The notes below the pieces were generated by a model. That model was not told the origin of the DNA, made no database searches, and worked only from the letters and a program-made list of their open reading frames with translations. From Sphyrna mokarran (taxonomy: Eukaryota), in the NCBI GenBank assembly GCA_024679065.1, contig JAGIQG010000004.1, forward strand, positions 47,802,001-47,866,000: a stretch of DNA of 64,000 nt. Reading direction: 5' to 3'. Numbering within the stretch: position 1 is the first letter of the stretch; each line of letters opens with the position of its first letter. The position numbers and the translations under genes were made by a program. This document shows, piece by piece, positions 27,101-40,454 of this stretch.

Positions 27101-28129
27101 ACATTTTCCGTTTTTATTACTAACTATTAGGGTTATTCCCTAGCCCTGAGAAACATTGGTGATATTTTAGTCAGAAAGGGATGAATGTTGCTGTTTGTAG
27201 AGACAATAAAATATGAACAGAATATGTAATGATTATTTAACAAAAAAAACAGCCTTCAGAAAATAAGGGGAAAAAAACGATTTAATTATATGAATTCATT
27301 GGGGTTGTGTTTGTTTTACATAGTGGACATGGTGAAGGCTGATAGCAATTCACATCAGATGCATGAACTACAAGCCCTGTTCTCTCAGTTGGAAATGCAT
27401 GAAATTCCATATTTTAATGAAGATAAAATAAGGGATGGCTGAATGGAGAGATCAAATACAACCATGACATAGCTGCTTAATAATTCAGCATTTTAAGATA
27501 GGGACTGCATTTCTCTCGTTATTTTATGCAACTTTTTTATTTTTAGAACAATCCTCGGCCTATCATTAGATGACAACTGGTTTAAAAGAAGTAACAGTGT
27601 TAACATGGAACCTGTAGTCATAACAATAGCAATGGAAGATTCTGAAATATGTATTCTTTTATTTATCTGATATTTTACTTGCACTGCAGCATTGATGGCT
27701 TCTCAAGGAACTGCAATAACTAGATCAGCTATTTCCCCCTGATCCATCTACTCATGATTTGTTTACCCCCCCAAACCCTTCACATGTATAAAAGTAGTCA
27801 AATATAAAAATCCTCAAATTTTCAACTAAACTAAGTTGGGAATACTTCCAAATAACCAGTCCCTTGCCAGAACTATCAAATCAAGTGAATGACATGGTCT
27901 TTTGACCAAGAAGTTCTCAATAACTTCTGCAAATCACTCACTTGACTGATTGACTTGTTCCACGTGAAGGGGCATTGACCGCATCAATTGCCTACTTAAG
28001 GGCCTCAATTGGGACAGGCGACCCAGCCGATACTTTCCTGGCACCTATAAGTTGTGGAAAAGGCAGGGAAGATGTACAGGTGGTGGGTACATTGTCGATG
28101 GCATGCCATCCTCACCCAGCTCCCTTTCT

Positions 28130-28560
28130 ACATGTTCAGGCCTTAATGTGGTACTGCACTGGGTGCTATTGTCTAAATAAACAATTGAATAGTTCTATTT
28201 TGAAGAAAAGCCAGAGAGTTATCTCTGGTGTCCTGGCTAATGTTAATCCCTCAGCCAACATCATGATAACATTAAGTTAAAAGCAAAATACTGTGGATGC
28301 TGAAATCTGAAACAAAAACAGAAAATGCCGGAAAATCTCAGCAGGTCTGATGGCCTCTGTGGAGAGAGAACAAAACCAAAGTTTCAGTGAGCTCTGTTTT
28401 CTCTCCACAGAACCTGTGCAGTGGGAGCGGCAGCTTATGGGAGCTTATACATGCAAATTGGCTGCTGTGTTTTCTATACTTCATTGGCTGTAAAGCATTT
28501 TGGAATGTCTTTGAAGCCACGGAAAGGCTTCATATAAAAATGTAAGTTTGTCTTCTTAAT
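28130..28560 (+). mobile_element. Deu-domain SINE (SacSINE1-like) interrupted by a PLE family-1 fold-back (about 28279-28412)
   Basis: tattttgaagaaaagccagagagttatctctggtgtcctggctaat...ccctcagccaacatca resembles the Deu domain as I recall it; L2-like tail to 28558. Confidence 0.55.
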
Positions 28561-31500
28561 ATGCTTCCTAGAGCTTCAACAGCAGAAATACTCCTTAATT
28601 CCGTTCTAATTAGTTAGAACAGCTCATTCGTCAAAGGTCCATCTGTCTTTTAGGTCAGCCTGACTCTGACTCAGAAACATGCAGATTTCGTTTCCTACTC
28701 ACGTTCTGATACCCACAGCCAAACAATTTGCCCATTGACTGCATTTACTCCCCAGGGAGGTGATGCTAAGTAACACAGGCAATTATTTAATTTAGATCAA
28801 TAAGATTGGGATTGAATTTGATATCTTGTGTAAGCGGAGTAATTGACAGGTCCGGGGAGGAAATCAAACAACCTTTCCGCAGTCATTAATCACAATCAGA
28901 TCAATCACATTGTCCTGCAGGGATTCCGTGTGGTTAGTGCACGTGTTGAATCATTAATGGGCAAGTAGGTCTTTGTATTTAACACTCTCTATACACAGTA
29001 CTCTCATTGGAGTGCTCTCACTGGAGCATTGTAACAGTGAAAGTGCCTGGCAGCAACTGCAACTGAATACTAAACTCAACTCTTACGCATTCATCACTCG
29101 AACACTGAAGTTAATCTTAAGAGACCCCACTTGTACATTTTATGTTTTTTCCTAGGATACGCATTGTTGCCTTACACCTTAAGCATCAGGATGTGAAATG
29201 TGTCCCATGGCTAACACAGATGTTACTCAGGGAGCAGGAAGATTTAAATGGACCAGATTCATTTGGTTTTTCCAATAAGGAATTACAGAGCAACCTGTTT
29301 GCCCGGAAAGTGTTCAGAATGTGAAACTTACTGCCATCAAGTGCAACGGAGTATAGACATAGTTAAAGAGAAGCTGGATAAAAAGAAGAGGAAGAAAGGA
29401 ATGGAAGTATATGCTAATAAGTTCAGATGAAGAGGGCAGGACAAGTCTCATGTGGAGGGTAAACATCCTGTACAGGTCAGTTAGGCTAAATTAGTATTTC
29501 TGTGCTGCAAGTTCTTCCTAAGAGAAAGTACTAACCATCTATTTGGTAAATCCAATAGCACACATCAGAATTAGAGAGGCAGATTTGCATTGTGCTAATC
29601 ACTGGCAGATCATAGAAGTGTCAGCCTGAAGTAAACACTGCACACAATAACAACTTGCATTCATATAGCATCTTTAGTAAAATGTTTCAAGGTGCTTTGC
29701 AAAAATGTTAGCAGCCAAAATAAATTGACATTAAAGAAGTACAATATACCAAGGACTCCAACAGAAGTAAACCACAGCAGAATATCACTCCCTTCTTTGT
29801 GTTGTGCAGAAATTGGGACATTTTTCCCCCTTCCTTATTGTCTTCTTCTCACTGACCCCTGCTGCCTTCTAGTATCTCACTCTAGTAAGACCATTCTTCA
29901 TGTGTGAGTTCACAATGAGTAACACAGCTGAATGCACCTATTATCCTTTCCAACATTCCTAGATACGTTCCCAACTGTAGATAGATCACAGGACAGTGAC
30001 TGGGGTCAGGAGTTTCAGTTTAATTTTCCCCTCCTGGACTGAGAAAAGTGGGGTGGGAAGCAGTGTTGGGTTCTAGGGGTGGATATTGCAATCAGTCTGG
30101 GTGGGATCAGATAACTCAATACAAACTGAATGTGGGAATGATGATTTGCAATGACTACACCTGGTAAACTGGCACATTTAAGCAGCCAAATTCTGAGCAT
30201 TGAGACTGTGTGAGATTGAGAGAACTGTGGGCAAATTTGACGTTGGCAGTGGACAACATTTTTTTTAATGTTGAGAGTCTTGCACATTAAATCACCTCTT
30301 TCTAAAGGCCAGCAAATAATTCAAAACTTCTACTGTGGAATGGTTGTGGGGTGAGTGGTGATCTGGTGGCGGGAATTGGCGGAGTGGGGGAAAGGCAACA
30401 CGAATAAAAAGTGAGGTCACTCCTGTGTTTCTTGAAATGTTAATAAAAATCTTAAAGGCCACATATTTCCTGACAAGGGAAAAGAGGAAAGGGAATTGTG
30501 ACCTTGTACAATCTTTTATCTAAAGTATTTTTTTACAGCATAGCAAGAGGAAATAATTACTAAACGCAAAGAAATTTCACTGCCCGTGGGGTACTTTGCA
30601 ACTCTGTTCTTAACTCACACTGACAGGAGAAAATAATCCTTTTATGCTGGAGAGAACTGGTTCAATCATGTAACATCTCCACAAAGGCCATTGTCTTGGA
30701 AACGTTCTCAAGGTTACAGTTTAGACACAATGGGGTGAATGACCTTCTTCTGCACCGTAACAATTCTGTGATTTTGTGAATTTCAATAGGTCACTATTGC
30801 ACACCATCTCAAGGGTAATTAGGGATGGACAATAAATACTAACCTAGCCAGCAAGACACATATTCCGTGAAAGAATAAAAAATACTTTAACTAGACAAGT
30901 ACAGAGAGGCCTTAATAGCAGGATGACTAATAGTGTCAGCACCAGGAATGATCACGTAATGCATGCACAGTAGAAGTGGAAGAAAAGAGCCTCTTATTGC
31001 TGACATTAACAGATAAATGGTAGGGGAGGTAATAAAGAGCTGGAGGGACTTTTTCCCTAATGTTAGTTTTCCATTTTTTGCTGAATTTTTTTGGCAATAA
31101 AGTACAGCTCACTGATATTAGAAGGCCATTCAACCCATTCAATGCAATCTTGCATAGAAAGTTACAAGACAGAATTTTCCCATACCACAAATTGTAACAG
31201 GCACAAAGATCCAAGCAAAGTCCATTGACCCCAGGTGAGATTTTCTGGTCTTGCGACTAAGGCTGCCAGAAAATTGCCCCCCGCACTCCCCACAGTGTGT
31301 CCCATCATTATATTCAACTGCCTTCTGAATGATTCCAGAGCTTTTAGTTCTGCTACTGCCCTGAAAATCATTCCAGCTTTTAATCACTTTGAGGACATTT
31401 TTCCTAACATCAGTTTTGAACTTGCCTATTATCAAGTTTCTATCTATGTCTCCTTGCCTTGCAATAAGGGTTTAAACTCAAAATAATCCTACAGATGAAG

Positions 31501-31611
31501 ATTTTCCATTCCCTGTCAGTACTTTATACGCTCTTGTGACATCTCCTCTCACCTATCTCCTGCCTAGACTGAAAATATCAGGTTTTTCCTCTGAACTCAG
31601 TTTTTTGATAA

Positions 31612-31960
31612 AAGTGGCAAGTAACATTTATGCCATGCAAGTGCCAGGCAATGAATATCACCAATAAGAGAATTTAATCATTGTCTCTTGACATTCATGG
31701 CATTACCATCACTGAATCTCCCACTATCAACATCCTGGGGGTTACAATTGATTGGAAACTGTACTGAACTAGCTACATAAATATTACAAGAGAAGTTCAG
31801 AGGCTAGGAATCCTGTGGCAAGTAACTCACCTCCTGATTCCCCAAAGCCTGTCCACCATCTACAAAACACAACTCAGGAGTGTGATGGAATACACTCCAC
31901 TTGCCTGAATTGATGCTGCTCTAAAAACACACAAGAATCTTAACACCACCCAGGACAAAG
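31612..31960 (+). mobile_element. LINE RT C-terminal fragment (clade uncertain)
   Basis: KWQVTF..KCQAM, ITITESPTINILGVTID, SLSTIYKTQLRSVMEY motifs with frameshifts. Confidence 0.7.
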
Positions 31961-32859
31961 GGGTCATCAAAATGATCATTCATATCATTGTACTGTCATT
32001 GCCCTGTCACCAAGAGAGGGAACTTCTCCCTATCCACTCTTCCCTGCAATGCATTGTGAATGAAGTCATTTATATCTCTCTCTCCCTTAACTCTGACTGA
32101 GATCAATAAACTCAACATAAGTCAGAAGCTGAAGTGTGGTCCCCTCTGATCATTTAATTTCTTTTAAAATGACCTTTCACTTCTTAAAAAATAATACCCG
32201 GGTAGGATTTGGGTAAGGGGAATATAAATTATGATGGGTGTCACAATTCCAAGAGAAAAAGTGCTTCCTGATTTCACTCCTGAATGAATTTAGATCTAAT
32301 TGGAATATTGCACTTTTGTTCTGCTTGTCCCATAAGAGAATATCGCTTCTCCATTCACACTCATATATTCTGAAAGACTTCATCCAATCACCAAGCCCAC
32401 TTGCTGGTATTTCCTGGTCTTGCTGCACTACATCAGCAGTGCAAGTGGCTGGGAAAATCACGCCTAACGTTTTGATCTGTATGATGCTTCTTCAGAACTA
32501 AGAGATTTCCAGCATTTGCAGTATTTTGTCTTATTTATCACTTTACACATTCTCCAATTTGTCTACCAACTCTCTATCTCCTATCTCTCGATCAATTAAT
32601 GTATGTCACAAGATTATCTTACATTATAACTTCTCCCATGTTTTCTAATAAACTGTTATATGGAACATTATCATTTGCCCTCTGGAAATAAATCTATATT
32701 TATGGATTTATTTCCATAAATTTATGGAATAGATGTCATCCATAAATATTGCCCCATACATTTTGTTAGTGATCACCTCAAAACACTTAGCGTAACTAGT
32801 CAAGTATGATCTATTCTTCACTAACGTTCAGTCACTCTGATAGCTTCTAGCTTTCTGGC

Positions 32860-33142
32860 CAAGCAACATCATGAATTTAAGTTTCTCATTCTTGTTTTCA
32901 AACCCCTCAAAGGTCTTCTCCACTCTATCTCTGTAATCACCTCCAAGCCCACTACCCTCCGAAATATTATATTCCACTAATTCTGGCCTCTTGCGCATTC
33001 CAAATCATAAGTACTCCATCACTGATCTTCAGTTCCCTTGGTCCTAGATTCCATAAATCCTTCCTATTCCCTTCACCACTTCCTCGCTTGCCTCGGGACA
33101 TTTTATGATGTTAAAGGTGCTACATAAATATGTAATTGTTGT
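32860..33142 (+). mobile_element. L2 3' end
   Basis: FKFLILVFKPLKGL-like coding remnant; tail gggacattttatgatgttaaaggtgctacataaat...tgttgtt. Confidence 0.65.
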
Positions 33143-35561
33143 TCCCTATAACTGACACTCTGTCTTTTCCTGGTTTCTCCATCCACTATTAAACAATACA
33201 TTGATTATTTTGCATAGGAGTGCAGTTAATGATGGTGATATGACACGACTGCTGCCGGCTGCACAACATTCATAAAAAAAACTCTCAGACTGCATGGAAA
33301 CATCTAGATTCTATTATTAGGCAAATCTATCAAAACTTCTGAAAAAGTCTCATTTTAGGACTGTCATTACCACCTAACCATATTTTTAAAAGACAGCAGT
33401 TATTAAATTCTACTGTTCTATGATATTAGACAAATCCATTAAAGGCATACTGATAAATCATGCCCTTTGACAAGCACTGTCTAAAAAGCTTGCATGTAAT
33501 GTACATGCACTGTTTGTAGATCCATCATTAATATAAAACCCTTTCAAGCTAGAAAGCATAGAGAACTTGTGGTACAGTGGATAGCATTGCTGCCTCTGAG
33601 CCAGAAGTTTCGGGTTTGAGCCTCACTCGAGGTTTTGATCGTAAAGGAAGGTGTGTTCATAATGTGGCCAAACAGAATCATAGAATCAGGATCCCTACAT
33701 TGCAAAAGCAGGCCATTTGGTCCAGCGAGTCTGCACCGAAAACAATCCCACCCAAGTAAAAGCAAAATACTGCAGATGCTAGAATCTGAAACAAAAACAG
33801 AAAACGCTGGAAAATCTCAGCAGATCTGACAGCTTCTGAGCGGAGCGAATAGAGCAATATTTCGAGTCGAGGTGACCTTTTGTCAGAGCTGAGAGCAAAG
33901 AAATCAACAGAGTTTTATACTATAAAGATGGGGAGGGAGGTAGTGTGGGTGGAATGAGACAATAAGAATCTAAATGAGGATACAGAAGGTTGAGAAGTGC
34001 AAAAAAAGTGATCAGAATGCATGAATGGCAGAACAGAGGTGTGGATTATTAAAGGATTGCCTCAAAAATGTGGCAGTTGCCCTGTAAATGGCTGAGGGAA
34101 GGGGTGAGGGGAGGGGGGGCAAGAAGGAGAGCTGGGATGAAAAGTGGAAATATGAAGGTGAGAAAGAAGGATGAAAAAATGGATGAATAGGGTGAAATAA
34201 AAATAAAATAAATGGAAAAGAGGTGAAGGTGGAGGAGAGAGTTCATCCTATGAAGTTGTTGATCTTAATGTTCAGTCCAAAAAACTGTAAAGTGCCCAAT
34301 CAGAAGATGAGGTGCTGTTCCTCCAGTTCCTCCTTAATGAGTACTTTGCATTGGTATTCACAAAGGAGAGGGACACGTTGATTGATGGCATCTTGGAGAG
34401 GTGTGTAAAGCCTGTACAGCAAGTCATCATTATGAGGGAGAAACTGTTAGGTGAAAAGCATTAAGGTAGACAAATTCTCAGAGCTAGATGGCATCTATCT
34501 CAGATTACTGAGGGAGATAAGAGATGAAATTGCTGGGCCTCTAACAGATATCTTTGTTTCTTCGTTGACTACTAGTGAGGATTGGAGGATACCAATGTGG
34601 TCCCATTATTTAAGAATGGTAGGAAGGACAACCATCAGTGATAGTGAAACTGTTGGAGAAGATTCTTAGGAAAAGATCTATACACATTTGAAATTGAATG
34701 GTCTTGTTGGCGGCAGACATCATAGTTTTGTACATGGGAGGTCATGCCTCACTAACTGGGTTATTTGAGGAGGTGACAAATATGATTGACAAAGGAAGGG
34801 CTATAGATATTGTCTACATGGGCTTAGTAAGGCATTTGACAAAGTCTCTCATGGCAGACTGGTGCAAAAGATTAAATTTCACGGGATCAGTGGTGAATTA
34901 GCTAAATGATTCAGAACTGGCTTGGCCACAGAAGCCAAAGGGTAGCAGTAGAAGGGTGTTCTTCTGAATGGAGGTCTGTAACCAGTGGTGTTCCGCAGGA
35001 ATCAGTACAGAGACCTCTGTTGTTTGTAACACATATAAAGAAGAAAATGTAGCTGGTTTGATTAGCAAGTTTATGGATGACACTAAGATTGGCAGAGTTG
35101 TGGATAGTGATGAAGATTGTCGGAGAGAACAGCAGGATATAGATAGACTGGAAAATTGAGTAGAGAAATGGCAGATGGAATTTAATTCGGACAAATGCGG
35201 GGTGATGCATTTTGGTGAGTCCAATTCAGGTGGGAGCTATAAAATAAATGGCAGAACAATCCGGAGCATAGACATACAGAGAGATCTGGGAGTATAGGTA
35301 CACAGGTCCTAGTGAAGCACAGGTGGAAAGGATGGCGAAGAAAGCACTCTTTCATCAGACAGGGCATCAAGTATCAAAGTTGGCAAATTATATTACAGTT
35401 GTATAAAACATTAGTTTGGCCACATTTAATGTCTATTGGCCTGTGGCTCTGACATCCATCATTGTGAAGTGCTTCGAAAGGTTAGTCATGGCACGAATCA
35501 ATTCCAGCCTCCCAGACTACCTAGATCCACTACAGCTTGCCTACTGCCACAACAGGTCCAT

Positions 35562-36642
35562 GATGTAGAGATGCCGGCGTTGGACTGGGGTAAACTCAGT
35601 AAAGTTTGACAACACCAATTTTAAATCCAACCGATTTAATTTATAGTAAATCCACGAGCTTTTGGTCTTTGTGGTCTTTGTCAGGCGAATGGGGTGTTCT
35701 GGTCTCCAAAAGCACACATATCAGCACAGACAGTTTACAGATTGCTGATTAGAATGCGAATCCTTACACCTAACCTGCTATTCAAGTCTTAAAGTGGCTA
35801 ACAGCAGAGGTTAGAGGGATGTGTACTCTCTCCAGACAGCACAGTAAGTGAGGTTTTTTGCTAACCCAGGCAAGTCATGGGGGTTACAGATAGTGTGACA
35901 TGAAGCCAAGATCCCTGTTAAGGCCGTCCTCATGTGTGTGGAACTTGGCCATCAGTCTCCGCTTGGCGGCTCTGCACTGTCAAGTGTCGTGAAGGCCCCC
36001 TTGAAGAACATTTACCCGAAGATCGGAGGCCGAATGTACCATTAGTAGTCTACCTAATACGTTGCAAGAAAGGATGTCCCGAAGCATGGTACATTGGGGA
36101 GACCATGCAGACACTACCACAGTGGATGAATGAACATCACTCAACAATCACCAGGCAAAACAGTTCCCTTCCTGTGGGCGAATACTTCAGCAGTCACGGG
36201 CATTTGGCCTCCGACCTTCGGGTAAATGTTCTTCAAGGGGGCCTTCACGACACATGACAGTGCAGAGCCGCTGAGCGGAGACTGATAGCCAAGTTCCACA
36301 CACATGAGGACGGCCTTAACAGGGATCTTGGCTTCATGTCACACTATCTGTAACCCCCATGACTTGCCTGGGTTAGCAAAAAACCTCACTTACTGTGCTG
36401 TCTGGAGAGAGTACACATCCCTCTAACCTTTGCTGTTAGCCACTTTAAGACTTGAATAGCAGGTTAGGTGTAAGGATTCGCATTCTAATCAGCAATCTGT
36501 AAACTGTCTGTGCTGATATGTGTGCTTTTGGAGACCAGAACACCCCATTCGCCTGACGAAGACCACAAAGACCGAAAGCTCGTGGATTTACTATCAAATA
36601 AATCGGTTGGATTTAAAATTGGTGTTGTCAAACTTTACTGAG
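35562..36642. mobile_element. Penelope-like element (family 2) with 442-bp inverted arms around a GIY-YIG segment
   Basis: Arms 35595-36036 and 36201-36642; ORF 35934..36257 VVYLIRCKKGCPEAWYIGET; 13-bp TSD ACAACAG(G/A)TCCAT at 35549-35561 / 36643-36655. Confidence 0.92.
36548..36586 (+). ncRNA. Degenerate minimal hammerhead ribozyme motif
   Basis: TTCGC-CTGACGA-AGACCACAAAGACC-GAAA-GCTC-GTGGA: core boxes and helix I present, helix II pairs poorly. Confidence 0.5.
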
Positions 36643-39600
36643 ACAACAGATCCATAGCAGACCATCTCCCCGGCCCTGCACTCAACACTGGAACACCTAG
36701 ATAACAAGGACACCTGTGTCAGACTTCTATTTATTGATTTCATCTCAATCTTTGGCACCATTATTCCCATGAGACTCATCTCCAAACTCTGGGCCTCAGC
36801 ACCTCCCTCTGCAACTGGATCCTGAGCTTCCTAACTCAGAGACTGCAATCAGTAAGAATAGACAACACCTCCTCCACAATGATCCTTAATACCTGTGCTC
36901 CATAAAGCTGTGTTCTCAACCCCTCACTATACTTCTATGACTGTGTAGCCAAATTCCCCTCTAATTCAATTTTCAAGTTTGCTGACGACACCACCATAGT
37001 TAGTTGGATCTCAAACAATGATGAGACAGAGCACAGGAATGAGATAGAGAATCTGGTGAACTGGTGTGGCAACAATAATCTCTCCCACAATATCAACAAA
37101 ATGAAGGAAATTGTCATCGACTTCAGGAAGCATAAAGGAGAACATGCCCTGTCTCCATCAACAGGGATGAAGTAGAAAGGATCAAGAGCTTCAAGTTTTT
37201 TGGTGTCCAGATCATCAACAGCCTGTCCTGTTCCCCCATGACGAAACTATTGTTACAAAAACCCATCAATGCCACTACTTTCTCAGAAGACTAAGGAAAT
37301 TTGGCATGTCAGCTACAACTCTCATCAACTTTTACAGATGGACAATAGAAAGCATTCTTTCTGGTTGCTTCACAACTTGGTATAGCTCCTGCTCTGCCCA
37401 AGATCGCAAGGAACTAAAAAAGGTCATGAATGTAGCCCAAACCGACCGCCCATTCATTGACTCTGGCCACACTTCCCGCTGCCTCGGCAAAGCAGCCAGT
37501 ATAATTAAAGACCCCACCCACCTCGGACCTTCCTTTTTCTCCTTCTTCCATTGGGAAAAAGATTCAAAAGTCTGAGGTCACGTACCAACCGACTCAAGAA
37601 CAGCTTCTTCCCCATGCTGTCAAACTTTTCAGTGGATTTATCTTGTATCAAGTTGATCTTTCTTTACATCCTCGCTATGATTGTAACACTACATTCTGCA
37701 CTATCTCCTTTCCTTCTCTATGAATGATATGTTTTATCTGTCTAACACGTAAGAAACAATACTTTTCACTGTATGTTAATACATGTGACAATCAAATCAA
37801 ATCAAAAATCAAAACATAAAATACTGTGTTCAGTTCTGGTCACCATACTACCAGAAGGGCGGGAGGCTTTGGAGAGGGTGCAGAAAAGGATGTTACCTGG
37901 TAAAAAAGGTATTAGCTATGAGAAGAGATTGAATAAACTGGGATTATTTTTCCTTTAAAGATGGAGGCTGAGGGGCAACATAATAGAAGTTTATAAAATT
38001 ATAAAAGGTATAGAGAGGGCAAACAGTTGGAAGCTTTTTCCAGGGCAGAAGTGACAAAGGAGCACGAGTTGAAGATAAGGGGAGAAAGGTTCAGTGATGT
38101 GCGGGTGAAGTTTTTTTCACACAGAGGGTGGAATGCACTGCCAAGTGAGGTGGTTGAGACAGTTACATTAGCTACATTAAAACTTATCTTGATATATGTA
38201 CAAACAAATGGGGAATAGAGAGATATAGGCCATTGACATAGATAAACAAACGTGATTGGCACAGGGTAAGAGGGCCAAAGAGTCTGTTCCTGTACTGTAC
38301 TGTTCTTTGCGTTGGGGTTTACTAGAACATTGCAGAAGGCCAAGGACGGACTTGTGGATAAGATAGCAGGAAAACGATCACCCAGTCTCCATTTGGACTC
38401 TCCAATGTATAGTAGATTGCATTGAGAGCAGCGAATGCAATAGACCAGATTGAAGGAGGTGCAAGTGAAAGGGGTATTTAGGACCTGACAGCGAGCAGAG
38501 AGGAGGTAAAGGGGCAGGTGTTGCACCTTCTACGAAAACATGGGGAACTACAGTGGACAGGAGATGAGGTGTTGGGTATGATGGAGAAATGGACAAGAGT
38601 GTCCTGGAGAGAATGGTCTCTGTGGAATGCTGATGAGAGAATGGGAGGAAGATGTTTGGCATGGTGGCGTCGTGCTGGAGTTGGTGGAAATGGCGGAAGA
38701 TGATCCTTTGAATGCGGAGACTGGAATGTGAAGACACCTAGTCCCTATCTCCATAAATCACATATTTACCCTGCTAAAACTCCTGACATTAAGGAACAAT
38801 TTGTCATGGCTAACCAGCCTAACCCACACATCTTTGGACTATGGAGGGAACCCATGCGAACATGGAGAGACAGTGCAAAATCCACACAGTCACCCAAGGC
38901 TGGAATTGAACTCAGGTCCCTGGTGCTATGAGGTAGCAGTGCTAGCTGTAACAGATTGAATATCAATCCGCAAAAAGCTTCCAACATGCCAAAGGCAGAT
39001 GGGAAGAGCGGAAGAGACTCTTGGTCAGCCACGTGTGATGCAGAATGGTATTCCTAAAGCTATAGGTAAAAATTAGTTCCAGATGACCATAGTTGCAGAT
39101 GACCACGGGCTGTTCTCCTCTTTGAGGGGGAAAGCTGACTGATGGTGATTTAAGCTGGGGATCACCACATCCCAGGCCAGAATTAAGATTGAGGACGGCC
39201 TTCCTAAATAACCTCAGCTGCTATGAAAATTGAACCCTCAAACACAAGCCTTTGGCGTTAGGCTAGCAAGCTATTCCAGGAAATAGTTCATTATGGGAAT
39301 AGTTTGCCGTCTTGTGCATCACTAGTGCGGGAAGTGAAACAACAACAGAGTAGAAATTATACAAAATAACACGGATGAATGCAGAGAGTTCCTCACTGAA
39401 TTTGGACTTTCATATGCACTCTAGCCATTTGTGCAATCCACAATGATTACCCATTAATCCTATATTGAGGAATATCTCTATCATCACAATCTGTCGGTGT
39501 TAGATCATGGTCATTGATCTGCAGGTTAACATTCGAATAGTTGTCACATAAGATCAAAACAAGTCAAAGAGGACAGTGTCGATAAAGCCTATTTCAGAAT

Positions 39601-39924
39601 TGATTCTCCAACACCAGGAAGCTGAATAAATATCACACACATTTACACCTGAAATTGTTTACATCTCTGAGAAAATCAACAGCTTTTTTCCCCGTTAACT
39701 CCTTGAGTCAAACTGTTGAATTGTAAAGGATTCTTAACATCAGCATCTCAGATCTAACTGCACTTACCTCCATTTATGTGTTAACTGGCTGCTGTTCTTG
39801 CTTCCATAGAAATACTTTATATGTAATATATTGGCTGTGAGGCAGTTGAGGATGTTCTAAGGCCATGAAATGTGATTAGTATAAATGCAGACACTTTATT
39901 TCTATTGGTTATTCTTAGCAAGCA

Positions 39925-40096
39925 CATTATTCTAACCAACATGTCTTTTGAACTATAGGAGGAAACAGGAGCATCTGGAGGAAACCCATGCAGGCAAAGG
40001 GAGAACGTGTTGACTCCACACACAGTCACCCAAACTGGGAATCAGAACTGGGTCCCTGATGCTGTGAGACAGCAGTGCTAACTACTGTGCTGCCCT
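39925..40096 (-). mobile_element. V-SINE head and core
   Basis: GGGCAGCACAGTAGTTAGCACTGCTGTCTCACAGC...GTTCTGATTCC on the minus strand. Confidence 0.8.
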
Positions 40097-40454
40097 AAGT
40101 CCATTGTTTAGGTGCTATTTCCCACTGCAAATTGGGGAATTCTACTGCCTTCAGCCTACTGCAGCCTACTCAGTAGCTTATGTTTCCAATCCTGGGCTCC
40201 TGAAATCTCAATCAACAGTAACTAACTGCTTCGCCTCCACTTCTGTACAGCTAACCGAGCAATTTTACCATCACTTAACTCTACACAACTCTTCGCTGTG
40301 ATTAGGGAGAATTGTTGGAGTAAAAAGCATCTCACATACAGAAGTATAATTCTGAGAATGGATCATAATTTTCCAACTCATCCTAGCACTGCGCAGACAC
40401 ATGATTCTGAAGGGATTCCATTGTCAGCACAGAGAAGAGTGGTGGTCACGGGAG

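Larger units (their letters stand above)
35428..37815 (+). mobile_element. Rex1/Babar-like LINE, 5'-truncated, interrupted by a PLE
   Basis: PVALTSIIVKCFERLV, LDPLQLAY, FKFADDTTIVS and FYRWTIESILSGC motifs; (CAAAT)n-like tail. Confidence 0.85.
34329..38305 (+). mobile_element. CR1 LINE split into 34329-35427 and 37816-38305
   Basis: LISKFMDDTKIG RT motif; halves rejoin at PHL|(E)YCVQFWSP; tail tgtactgtactgttc at 38305. Confidence 0.88.
33757..38734 (-). mobile_element. Penelope-like element (family 1) split into 33757-34328 and 38306-38734
   Basis: GIY-YIG FTCTSFNLVYCIRCSQCNLLYIGESKWRLGDRF; halves rejoin as LGLLQCSSKPQRK|LEEQHLIF; 3' pLTR with a hammerhead-like core at about 33850-33890. 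Confidence 0.85.
33677..38949 (-). mobile_element. HE1-like SINE split into tail (33677-33756) and head/core (38735-38949)
   Basis: Halves join as aatcccacc(c)ag|tccctatc; CACC(C/T)A(A)G duplicated at both junctions. Confidence 0.8.
33565..39060 (+). mobile_element. tRNA-SINE split by a nested insertion (outermost layer: 33565-33676 and 38950-39060)
   Basis: Head GTGGTACAGTGGATAGC...GGGTTTGAGCC; TSD AACAGA at 33671-33676 and 38950-38955; a similar SINE at about 58325-59170 supports joining the halves. Confidence 0.7.

Noticed and set aside
26346-27104. 252-aa minus-strand ORF
   Set aside because: It runs across a PLE fragment and MITE-like sequence and has no recognisable domain, so it is probably a chance ORF.
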